DNA of 35,013 nucleotides from a virus (Duplodnaviria; Heunggongvirae; Uroviricota; Caudoviricetes): IMG/VR virus record IMGVR_UViG_2579778606_000008; one strand, 5' to 3'. Shown piece by piece: positions 27,274 to 35,013 of this stretch (position 1 is its first letter; each line of letters starts with the position of its first letter). The notes under the pieces were generated by a model. It saw only the letters and a program-made list of their open reading frames with translations, ran no database searches and was not told where the DNA came from. The position numbers and the translations under genes were made by a program.

Positions 27274-28768
27274 TCTTTCACACATTATTGCCGCAGCATT
27301 CAATGAACCGCTGCTTCTGGAGCCCGCCTATGCGCGGGTTTTCTTTTGCGCGCTCGGGCGCGAGATAGGGGCAGCAAGTCTTTCGGTACCACAACAACAG
27401 GTACAGCTTGATGCTCCCGGAATGCTGGCTGAAACGGACGAGTACATGGCCGGAGGTAAACGACCGGCCCGTGTTTACCGGGTGGTGAACGGTATTGCTG
27501 TACTGCCGGTGACCGGCACGCTGGTGCACCGGCTGGGCGGTATGCGGCCATTTTCCGGAATGACAGGCTATGACGGCATTGTCGCCTGTCTTCAGCAGGC
27601 AATGGCGGATAGCCAGGTGCGGGGCGTACTGCTGGACATTGACAGTCCGGGCGGGCAGGCCGCCGGCGCGTTTGACTGCGCTGACATGATTTACCGCCTC
27701 CGTCAGCAGAAGCCGGTCTGGGCACTGTGCAATGACACTGCCTGTTCTGCAGCCATGCTGCTGGCGTCGGCCTGCTCCCGACGGCTGGTTACCCAGACAT
27801 CCCGTATCGGCTCCATTGGCGTGATGATGAGCCATGTCAGCTATGCCGGTCATCTGGCGCAGGCCGGTGTGGATATCACGCTGATTTATGCCGGGGCGCA
27901 CAAGGTGGATGGCAATCAGTTTGAAGCGTTGCCGGCAGAGGTTCGCCAGGACATGCAGCAGCGGATTGATGCGGCGCACCGGATGTTTGCCGAAAAAGTG
28001 GCGATGTATACCGGGTTGTCTGTGGATGCGGTCACGGGAACAGAGGCCGCCGTTTTTGAAGGTCAGTCCGGCATTGAGGCCGGGCTGGCGGATGAATTAA
28101 TCAATGCGTCGGATGCCATCAGTGTGATGGCCACGGCGCTGAACAGTAATGTCAGAGGAGGCACTATGCCGCAATTAACTGCAACGGAAGCCGCCGTGCA
28201 GGAGAACCAGCGAGTGATGGGGATCCTGACATGCCAGGAAGCGAAAGGACGTGAACAGCTTGCCACGATGCTGGCAGGGCAACAGGGCATGAGCGTTGAA
28301 CAGGCCCGGGCGATTCTGGCCGCGGCGGCACCGCAGCAGCCGGTGGCATCCGCGCAGAGTGAAGCCGATCGCATTATGGCGTGTGAAGAAGCGAACGGTC
28401 GTGAACAACTGGCGGCAACGCTGGCGGCGATGCCGGAGATGACGGTGGAAAAAGCCCGCCCGATCCTGGCGGCTGCACCACTGGCGGATGCCGGGCCCTC
28501 ACTTCGTGATCAGATCATGGCCCTGGATGAGGCAAAAGGGGCAGAAGCGCAGGCTGAAAAACTGGCGGCCTGCCCGGGAATGACCGTGGAGAACGCCCGG
28601 GCTGTGCTGGCTGCGGGATCAGGTAAGGCCGAACCGGTCTCTGCATCCACAACCGCCCTGTTTGAACATTTCATGGCGAATCATTCACCGGCAGCGGTGC
28701 GGGGTGGCGTGTCACAGACGTCAGCAGACGGTGATGCGGACGTGAAAATGCTCATGGCCATGCCATGA
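27263..28768 (+). CDS. Head maturation protease (S49 family, lambda C-like) with C-terminal scaffold (Nu3-like) region containing three tandem ~45-50-aa repeats
   Basis: GTG start; S49-like core (GVLLDIDSPGG...CSAAMLLASAC); C-terminal repeats ILTCQEAKGREQLATMLA..., IMACEEANGREQLAATLA..., IMALDEAKGAEAQAEKLA... Confidence 0.85.
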   Translation: MRRNLSHIIAAAFNEPLLLEPAYARVFFCALGREIGAASLSVPQQQVQLDAPGMLAETDEYMAGGKRPARVYRVVNGIAVLPVTGTLVHRLGGMRPFSGMTGYDGIVACLQQAMADSQVRGVLLDIDSPGGQAAGAFDCADMIYRLRQQKPVWALCNDTACSAAMLLASACSRRLVTQTSRIGSIGVMMSHVSYAGHLAQAGVDITLIYAGAHKVDGNQFEALPAEVRQDMQQRIDAAHRMFAEKVAMYTGLSVDAVTGTEAAVFEGQSGIEAGLADELINASDAISVMATALNSNVRGGTMPQLTATEAAVQENQRVMGILTCQEAKGREQLATMLAGQQGMSVEQARAILAAAAPQQPVASAQSEADRIMACEEANGREQLAATLAAMPEMTVEKARPILAAAPLADAGPSLRDQIMALDEAKGAEAQAEKLAACPGMTVENARAVLAAGSGKAEPVSASTTALFEHFMANHSPAAVRGGVSQTSADGDADVKMLMAMP

Positions 28769-28804
28769 AGTCAGTGCTGACCATCAATATGAGGTTTTAA
28801 CAAA

Positions 28805-29152
28805 ATGGTGACGAAAACCATCACTGAACAGCGTGCGGAAGTACGTATTTTTGCCGGTAATGATCCGGCTCATACCGCCACAGGCAGCAGCGGGATTTCT
28901 TCCGCAACACCGGCTCTGACGCCCCTGATGCTGGATGAAGCCACCGGGAAACTGGTGGTCTGGGATGGACAGAAAGCCGGTAGTGCGGTTGGCATACTGG
29001 TACTGCCGCTTGAAGGCACAGAGACAGCGCTGACGTATTACAAGTCGGGAACCTTTGCGACGGAGGCAATCCACTGGCCTGAAAGTGTGGATGAACACAA
29101 AAAGGCAAATGCCTTTGCCGGCACAGCCCTGAGTCACGCGGCTCTGCCGTAA
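28805..29152 (+). CDS. Head decoration protein (lambda D-like)
   Basis: DPAHTAT...TPLMLD...KLV.WDG...AVGIL...YKSGTF...AFAGTA matches gpD. Confidence 0.9.
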   Translation: MVTKTITEQRAEVRIFAGNDPAHTATGSSGISSATPALTPLMLDEATGKLVVWDGQKAGSAVGILVLPLEGTETALTYYKSGTFATEAIHWPESVDEHKKANAFAGTALSHAALP

Positions 29153-29209
29153 CACGTTATCAGGCCACCATGGTGGCCTGACTGATTTCTGAATGAAAGG
29201 AACTGATTT

Positions 29210-30238
29210 ATGGGATTGTTTACGACCCGCCAGTTACTCGGTTATACCGAACAAAAAGTTAAATTCCGTGCGCTATTTCTGGAGCTGTTTTTCCGCCGTA
29301 CGGTGAATTTCCACACCGAAGAGGTGATGCTGGACAAAATTACCGGAAAAACGCCGGTGGCGGCCTATGTCTCCCCGATCGTTGAAGGAAAAGTGCTGCG
29401 CCATCGTGGTGGTGAAACCCGCGTGTTGCGTCCGGGCTACGTCAAGCCGAAACACGAATTTAATTACCAGCAGGCGGTTGAGCGCCTTCCTGGTGAAGAT
29501 CCATCTCAACTGAATGATCCGGCTTACCGCCGTCTGCGTATCATTACCGATAACCTCAAACAGGAAGAGCACGCCATTGTCCAGGTGGAAGAAATGCAGG
29601 CGGTAAATGCTGTGTTGTATGGCAAATACACCATGGAAGGAGACCAGTTCGAGAAAATTGAGGTCGATTTTGGCAGGTCGACGAAGAATAACATCACTCA
29701 GGGTAGTGGTAAGGAGTGGTCAAAACAGGATCGTGACACGTTCGATCCTACACATGATATTGACCTCTACTGCGACCAGGCCAGCGGTCTTGTGAATATT
29801 GCCATTATGGACGGTACCGGCTGGCGTCTTCTGAATGGTTTTAAGCTGTTCCGCGAAAAACTGGATACCCGTCGCGGTTCAAATTCTCAACTCGAAACGG
29901 CAGTGAAAGATCTGGGCGCAGTGGTGTCCTTCAAGGGGTATTACGGCGATCTGGCCATTGTGGTGGCGAAAACGTCTTATATAGCAGAAGACGGTATCGA
30001 AAAACGTTATCTTCCAGATGGCATGCTGGTTCTGGGGAATACTGCTGCAGATGGGATCCGTTGTTACGGTGCCATTCAGGATGCTCAGGCGTTGTCCGAA
30101 GGTGTGGTGGCCTCTTCCCGTTATCCGAAACACTGGCTGACGGTAGGGGATCCCGCCCGTGAATTTACCATGACGCAGTCCGCGCCGCTGATGGTGTTGC
30201 CGGACCCGGATGAGTTTGTGGTGGTACAGGTGAAATAA
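29210..30238 (+). CDS. Major capsid protein (lambda E-like)
   Basis: 342 aa; collinear with gpE (YVSPIV.G.V...PGYVKPKHE, AYRR.RII, KLDTRRGSNS.LETAVKDLG, GDPAREFTM.QSAPLM). Confidence 0.95.
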   Translation: MGLFTTRQLLGYTEQKVKFRALFLELFFRRTVNFHTEEVMLDKITGKTPVAAYVSPIVEGKVLRHRGGETRVLRPGYVKPKHEFNYQQAVERLPGEDPSQLNDPAYRRLRIITDNLKQEEHAIVQVEEMQAVNAVLYGKYTMEGDQFEKIEVDFGRSTKNNITQGSGKEWSKQDRDTFDPTHDIDLYCDQASGLVNIAIMDGTGWRLLNGFKLFREKLDTRRGSNSQLETAVKDLGAVVSFKGYYGDLAIVVAKTSYIAEDGIEKRYLPDGMLVLGNTAADGIRCYGAIQDAQALSEGVVASSRYPKHWLTVGDPAREFTMTQSAPLMVLPDPDEFVVVQVK

Positions 30239-30246
30239 TCCGTGAG

Positions 30247-30276
30247 CGGGGGCGAAATGCCCCCGTGTCTTTTTTC
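30247..30276 (+). terminator. Intrinsic terminator-like hairpin directly after the major capsid gene
   Basis: 7-bp GC stem CGGGGGC-GAAAT-GCCCCCG followed by TGTCTTTTTTC. Confidence 0.5.
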
Positions 30277-30289
30277 ACAGGGGGCTGAT

Positions 30290-30664
30290 ATGGCAACGAA
30301 AGAGCAAAATCTGAAACGGCTTGATGAACTGGCCCTGATTCTGGGGCGTGAGCCGGATATATCCGGGAGTGCCGCAGAGATAGCGCAGCGGGTGGCAGAA
30401 TGGGAAGAGGAAATGCAGTCATCCGGCGATGATGTACAGGTTATGAATATGGATATCCGGGAGCGGGAAACCGCGGCTCATGATGTTCGTGAGGAAACAT
30501 CCGGCGCGTTAACGCGCATCAGAGTTCTGACCTGCCTCCATCTCTGTGGCGTTGATGGTGAAACGGGGGAATCCGTTGAGCTTGCGGATGTTGGTCGGGT
30601 GATTCTGATTATGTCCTCAGATGCAAAAACACACGTTGATGGTGGAATGGCTGTTTATGCGTGA
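30290..30664 (+). CDS. Head assembly protein FI-like
   Basis: ATG at 30290 with GGGGG RBS; position between E and FII; acidic protein with a ...TEL..V.ALVK... pattern similar to gpFI. Confidence 0.7.
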   Translation: MATKEQNLKRLDELALILGREPDISGSAAEIAQRVAEWEEEMQSSGDDVQVMNMDIRERETAAHDVREETSGALTRIRVLTCLHLCGVDGETGESVELADVGRVILIMSSDAKTHVDGGMAVYA

Positions 30665-31010
30665 TTTTCAGAATGCCTTTGATGCCGCCCTTGCCGGGGT
30701 GGACAGTACGATTGTTGAAGTGATGGGGATCCGTGCGCAGTTCACCTCCGGAGCACAACGTGGCGGCGAAGTTCAGGGGGTTTTTGACGATCCGGAGTCG
30801 CTGGGTTTTGCCGGTGGCGGGGTCCGTATTGAAGGAAGCAGCCCGTCATTATTTGTGCGGACGGATACGGTGCGTGCCGTGCGGCGTGGTGACACGCTGA
30901 CCATTAACGGCGAGATGTTCTGGGTGGATCGTGTTTCTCCGGATGACGGGGGAAGCTGTTATCTCTGGCTCAACCGTGGGCAACCACCCGCTGTTAACCG
31001 GCGACGATAA
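30657..31010 (+). CDS. Head completion protein FII-like
   Basis: MRDFQNAFDAAL...GVFDDPE...SPSLFVRTD.VR..RRGDTLTI....FWVDRVSPDDGGSC.LWL.RG.PPAVNRRR matches gpFII. Confidence 0.85.
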   Translation: MRDFQNAFDAALAGVDSTIVEVMGIRAQFTSGAQRGGEVQGVFDDPESLGFAGGGVRIEGSSPSLFVRTDTVRAVRRGDTLTINGEMFWVDRVSPDDGGSCYLWLNRGQPPAVNRRR

Positions 31011-31025
31011 ACGCAGGGGGAAATT

Positions 31026-31601
31026 ATGGCGATAAAAGGGCTTGATCAGGCGATTGACAATCTGAGCCGGGTTCGTAAAAACGCCATTCCGGCGGCTTCA
31101 GCAATGACGATTAACCGCGTGGCCACAACGGCGATTAATCAGTCTTCGTCACAGGTTGCCCGGGAAACCAGGGTGAGACGGAAACTGGTTAAGGAACGGT
31201 CCAGACTGAAACGGGCGACGGTCAGAAATCCGAATGCCAGAATTATCGTTAACCGCGGTGATCTCCCTGTGATTAAGCTGGGGATCAGAATGCTGGGGCG
31301 TCGTCCGGACAGCATACTCAAAGCCGGTCAGCATCGTTATCAGCGGGCATTTATCCAGCGATTAAATAATGGGCGCTGGCATGTTATGCAACGTCTTCCC
31401 CAGGCCAGATATGAGGAGGGCAATGACGACAAGGGCAGGAAAAAGCGTAATCGCCTTCCCATTCAGGTGGTGAAAATCCCGATGGCGGCCCCACTGAAAC
31501 AGGCATTTGATGAGAATGTTGACCGTATCCGGCGTGAACGCCTGCCCGGAGAACTGGCATCCGCGCTGAAACAACAACTGAGGATTGCGATAAAACGATG
31601 A
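31026..31601 (+). CDS. Tail completion protein Z-like
   Basis: MAIKGL.QA..NLSR....A.P.A.AM.INRVA...I.QS.SQVARET.VRRKLVKER.RLKRATV.NP.ARI.VNRGDLPVIKLG matches gpZ. Confidence 0.9.
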   Translation: MAIKGLDQAIDNLSRVRKNAIPAASAMTINRVATTAINQSSSQVARETRVRRKLVKERSRLKRATVRNPNARIIVNRGDLPVIKLGIRMLGRRPDSILKAGQHRYQRAFIQRLNNGRWHVMQRLPQARYEEGNDDKGRKKRNRLPIQVVKIPMAAPLKQAFDENVDRIRRERLPGELASALKQQLRIAIKR

Positions 31602-31993
31602 AACACACTGACATTCGTGCCGCAGTGCTGGATGCACTCGAGCAGCATGAACACGGGGCGACGCTGTTTGATGGTCGCCCCGTTGTTTTTGACGAAGAGG
31701 ATTTTCCGGCGATCGCGGTTTATCTGACGGATGCAGAGTATACCGGTGAAGAGCTGGATGCAGATACCTGGCGGGCCACGCTGCATATTGAGGTGTTTTT
31801 ACCGGCACAGGTACCGGATTCAGAGCTTGATCAGTGGATGGAAAGCCGGATTTACCCGGCGATGACCGCGATCCCGGCACTGGCAGGACTGATTACCACG
31901 ATGGTTACGCAGGGCTATGAGTATCGTCGTGATGACGATATGGCGTTATGGAGTTCTGCAGATCTGACTTATTCCATTACATACGAGATGTGA
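31598..31993 (+). CDS. Tail terminator protein U-like
   Basis: 131 aa, near-collinear with lambda gpU ([48 protein letters not shown]). Confidence 0.9.
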   Translation: MKHTDIRAAVLDALEQHEHGATLFDGRPVVFDEEDFPAIAVYLTDAEYTGEELDADTWRATLHIEVFLPAQVPDSELDQWMESRIYPAMTAIPALAGLITTMVTQGYEYRRDDDMALWSSADLTYSITYEM

Positions 31994-32000
31994 GGACGAT

Positions 32001-32753
32001 ATGGCAACACCAAATCCCCTTGAGCCGGTAAAAGGTGCCGGTACCACTCTGTGGGTTTACAACGGCAAGGGTGATGCTTATGCAAACCCGTTGTCAGACG
32101 ATGACTGGCAGCGACTGGCTAAGGTGAAGGATCTGACGCCGGGCGAGATGACGGCAGAATCCTACGATGATAACTACCTGGATGATGAAGACGCGGACTG
32201 GACCGCGACCGGGCAGGGGCAGAAATCTGCAGGTGATACCAGTTTTACGCTGGCCTGGAAACCGGGAGAGGAAGGCCAGAAAGGGCTTATAGGCTGGTTT
32301 GAAAGCGGCGATGTCCGGGCCTATAAAATCCGTTTTCCGAATGGCACGGTGGATGTGTTTCGTGGCTGGGTCAGCAGTATCGGTAAGGCCGTGACGGCGA
32401 AAGAAGTGATCACCCGCACGGTGAAAGTCACTAACGTGGGTAAACCTTCTGTAGCGGAAGAACGCAGCAAAATTACGCCGGTCAGTGCGATTAAGGTGAC
32501 GCCTACATCCGGTACGGTGGCAAAAGGGAAAACAACCACCCTGACGGTTTCTTTTGAGCCGGAAAGTGCAACCGACAAGACGTTCAGAGCGGTTTCCGCC
32601 GATCCGTCGAAAGCCACCATTAGTGTGAAAGATATGACAATTACGGTAAACGGCGTGGCGACAGGTAAGGTGCAGATCCCTGTGGTGAGCGGAAATGGTC
32701 AGTTCGCCGCAGTGGCTCAAGTCACCGTTACTGAAGCGGGCGCTGCAGGGTAA
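32001..32753 (+). CDS. Major tail protein V-like (with C-terminal Ig-like domain)
   Basis: 250 aa; [71 protein letters not shown] matches gpV. Confidence 0.95.
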   Translation: MATPNPLEPVKGAGTTLWVYNGKGDAYANPLSDDDWQRLAKVKDLTPGEMTAESYDDNYLDDEDADWTATGQGQKSAGDTSFTLAWKPGEEGQKGLIGWFESGDVRAYKIRFPNGTVDVFRGWVSSIGKAVTAKEVITRTVKVTNVGKPSVAEERSKITPVSAIKVTPTSGTVAKGKTTTLTVSFEPESATDKTFRAVSADPSKATISVKDMTITVNGVATGKVQIPVVSGNGQFAAVAQVTVTEAGAAG

Positions 32754-32766
32754 ACGGAGGTAATAC

Positions 32767-33198
32767 ATGTTTCTGAAAACAGAACAATTTGAATATAACG
32801 GTGTGTCTGTCACGCTTTCCGAATTGTCTGCGCTGCAGCGTATCGAGCATCTTGCCCTCCTGAAACGGCGTGCAGAACAGGCAGAATCCAGCGGCAACCT
32901 GCAGGTAAGCGTGGAAGATCTCGTCAGAACCGGCGCGTTTCTGGTGGCGATGTCCCTGTGGCATAACCATCCGCAGAAAACGGGGTCACCGTCAATGAAT
33001 GAGGCCGTGATGAAGATAGAGCAGGAAGTGCTCACCACCTGGCCTGCCGATGCCATTGCCCGGGCGGAAGACGTGGTGTTGTGCCTGTCCGGGATGATCG
33101 AAGCTGTTCGTCCGGATACTGATATTACTGAAGTGGCGAAAAATAACACGCTGACTGATGATGATTTTTCTGCGGGAAAGTCTTCGACGGCGAGCTGA
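32767..33198 (+). CDS. Tail assembly chaperone G-like
   Basis: MFLKTE.FE.NGV.VTLSELSALQRIEHLAL.KR.AEQAES matches gpG; slippery heptamer G GGA AAG at 33174..33180. Confidence 0.9.
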   Translation: MFLKTEQFEYNGVSVTLSELSALQRIEHLALLKRRAEQAESSGNLQVSVEDLVRTGAFLVAMSLWHNHPQKTGSPSMNEAVMKIEQEVLTTWPADAIARAEDVVLCLSGMIEAVRPDTDITEVAKNNTLTDDDFSAGKSSTAS

Positions 33199-33638
33199 AC
33201 TTTGCCCTCAGACTGGCGCGTGAGATGGGGAGACCCGACTGGCGCGCCATGCTTGCCGGGATGACATCCACCGAATATGCCGACTGGCACCGTTTTTACC
33301 GCACGCATTATTTTCAGGATACCCAGCTGGATATGCATTTTTCCGGGCTGACGTACGCTGTACTCAGCCTGTTTTTTTGCGATCCGGATATGCATCCCTC
33401 TGATTTCAGTCTGCTTGTCCCCCGGCATGAGGAAGAGCAGGTGGAGAGGCCGGATGAGGACAAAATGCTGATGCAGAAAGCGGCAGGACTTGCCGGAGGC
33501 GTCCGGTTCGGTGGGGACGGAGGGCGCGATATTTTATCGTCTGCGGATGTGGCGGATGTCATGGTGGATGATGCCGCATTAATGATGGCTTCAGCGGGGA
33601 TTCCGGGAGGTGTGAGATATGTCCCAGCCGGTTGGTGA
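33174..33638 (+). CDS. T-frame portion of the G-T tail assembly chaperone, expressed by programmed -1 frameshift at GGGAAAG
   Basis: -1 frame after the heptamer reads VFDGELNFALRLAREMGRPDWRAMLAGM..., matching the lambda G-T junction; the track ORF 33225..33638 is the same frame. Confidence 0.8.
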   Translation, partial: GKVFDGELNFALRLAREMGRPDWRAMLAGMTSTEYADWHRFYRTHYFQDTQLDMHFSGLTYAVLSLFFCDPDMHPSDFSLLVPRHEEEQVERPDEDKMLMQKAAGLAGGVRFGGDGGRDILSSADVADVMVDDAALMMASAGIPGGVRYVPAGW

Positions 33639-35013
33639 TCTTGTTATTGACCTGAGTCTGGATGCGGTCCGTTTCGATGAGCAGATGAGCCGGGTAAGGC
33701 GTCATTTTTCAGGTCTGGATACTGACGCCAGAAAAACCGCAACTGTCGTTGAGCAGGGGCTGAGCCACCAGGCGCTGGCTGCACAAAAAGCAGGGATTTC
33801 CGTCGGGCAGTATAAAGCGGCCATGCGAACCCTGCCCGCACAGTTTACGGATATCGCCACGCAGCTTGCCGGTGGTCAGAATCCCTGGCTGATCCTGCTG
33901 CAACAGGGCGGTCAGGTGAAGGACTCCTTCGGCGGGATGATCCCCATGTTCAGGGGGCTTGCCGGTGCGATCACCCTGCCGATGGTCGGGGTCACCTCGC
34001 TGGCGGTGGCGACAGGTGCGCTGGTGTACGCCTGGTACCAGGGAGATTCCACGCTTTCAGCGTTTAATAAAACCCTGGTTCTTTCCGGTAATCAGTCCGG
34101 ACTGACTGCCGATCGCATGCTGACGCTCTCCAGAGCCGGACAGGCCGCAGGGCTGACGTTTAACCAGGCGAGTGAGTCACTGGCAGCCATGGTGAATGCC
34201 GGTGTGCGTGGTGGTGAACAGTTTGATGCCATCAACCAGAGTGTCGCGCGTTTTGCTTCTGCATCCGGTGTGGAGGTGGACAAGGTTGCAGAGGCTTTCG
34301 GAAAACTGACCACTGACCCGACGTCGGGGCTGATTGCGATGGCGAAGCAGTTCCATAACGTGACGGCGGAGCAGATTGCGTATGTTGCTCAGTTGCAGCG
34401 TTCCGGCGATGAAACCGGGGCATTGCAGGCGGCGAACGAGGCCGCAACGAAAGGGTTTGATGACCAGACCCGCCGCCTGAAAGAGAACATGGGCACGCTG
34501 GAGACCTGGGCAGACAGGACAGCGCGGGCATTCAAATCCATGTGGGATGCGGTGCTGGATATTGGTCGTCCTGATACCGCGCAGGAGATGCTGATTAAGG
34601 CAGAGGCTGCGTTTAAGAAAGCAGACGACATCTGGAATCTGCGCAAGGATGATTATTTTGTTAACGATGAAGCGCGGGCGCGTTACTGGGATGATCGTGA
34701 AAAGGCCCGTCTTGCGCTTGAAGCCGCCCGAAAGAAGGCTGAGCAGCAGACTCAACAGGACAAAAATGCGCAGCAGCAGAGCGATACCGAAGCGTCACGG
34801 CTGAAATATACCGAAGAGGCGCAGAAGGCTTACGAACGGCTGCAGACGCCGCTGGAGAAATATACCGCCCGTCAGGAAGAACTGAACAAGGCACTGAAAG
34901 ACGGGAAAATCCTGCAGGCGGATTACAACACGCTGATGGCGGCGGCGAAAAAGGATTATGAAGCGACGCTGAAAAAGCCGAAACAGTCCGGCGTGAAGGT
35001 GTCTGCGGGCGAT
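33619..35013 (+). CDS. Tail tape measure protein H-like, 5' part (ORF continues beyond the window)
   Basis: ATG at 33619 with GGGAGG RBS; MSQPVGDLVIDLSLDAVRFDEQMSRVRRHFSG... collinear with lambda gpH; open to the window end, so absent from the ORF track. Confidence 0.9.
   Translation, partial: MSQPVGDLVIDLSLDAVRFDEQMSRVRRHFSGLDTDARKTATVVEQGLSHQALAAQKAGISVGQYKAAMRTLPAQFTDIATQLAGGQNPWLILLQQGGQVKDSFGGMIPMFRGLAGAITLPMVGVTSLAVATGALVYAWYQGDSTLSAFNKTLVLSGNQSGLTADRMLTLSRAGQAAGLTFNQASESLAAMVNAGVRGGEQFDAINQSVARFASASGVEVDKVAEAFGKLTTDPTSGLIAMAKQFHNVTAEQIAYVAQLQRSGDETGALQAANEAATKGFDDQTRRLKENMGTLETWADRTARAFKSMWDAVLDIGRPDTAQEMLIKAEAAFKKADDIWNLRKDDYFVNDEARARYWDDREKARLALEAARKKAEQQTQQDKNAQQQSDTEASRLKYTEEAQKAYERLQTPLEKYTARQEELNKALKDGKILQADYNTLMAAAKKDYEATLKKPKQSGVKVSAGD

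Noticed and set aside
27278-27979. 233-aa minus-strand ORF inside the protease/scaffold gene
   Set aside because: Antisense to the S49 protease-like gene; Arg/Pro/Gly-rich translation typical of GC-rich antisense frames
32094-33428. 444-aa minus-strand ORF antisense to tail genes V, G and T
   Set aside because: The plus strand matches lambda V, G and T collinearly; long antisense ORFs are common in GC-rich codon-biased genes
1-35013. tRNA genes, rRNA genes and CRISPR arrays
   Set aside because: No cloverleaf-like tRNA candidates and no regularly spaced direct repeats were seen on reading through; this is a visual scan, not a tRNAscan or CRISPR-finder result

Overview
This window reads as the left two-thirds of a lambdoid prophage of the Qin/phage-21 type, starting exactly at the stop codon of its integrase (attL lies outside the window). 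Order: int-xis, a large exonuclease, then a DicA/DicC immunity region with the dicB/ydfD/ydfABC/dicF-like cell-division-inhibitor operon on the minus strand; on the plus strand a cII/YdaT-like gene, lambda O/P-like replication genes with origin iterons inside the O-like gene, a nin-like block of small genes including an HNH nuclease, a HokD-type type I toxin (not in the ORF track), and a DUF968/YdfU-like gene. A phage-21-type lysis cassette follows (pinholin, SAR endolysin, Rz/Rz1), then cargo genes, a lambda-like cos site, and lambda-like head and tail genes from Nu1 through the 5' part of tape-measure H, including the G-T frameshift site. The most unusual feature is a ~2.4 kb block (about 15935-18300) with extreme strand bias: the plus strand is A/C-rich and almost T-free, and it holds no convincing gene. 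It sits where a Q antiterminator would be expected, between the YdfU-like gene and a late-operon terminator, and I could not identify any N- or Q-type antiterminator in the window. All protein and RNA identifications rest on reading the translations and sequence against families recalled from memory; no searches were run.
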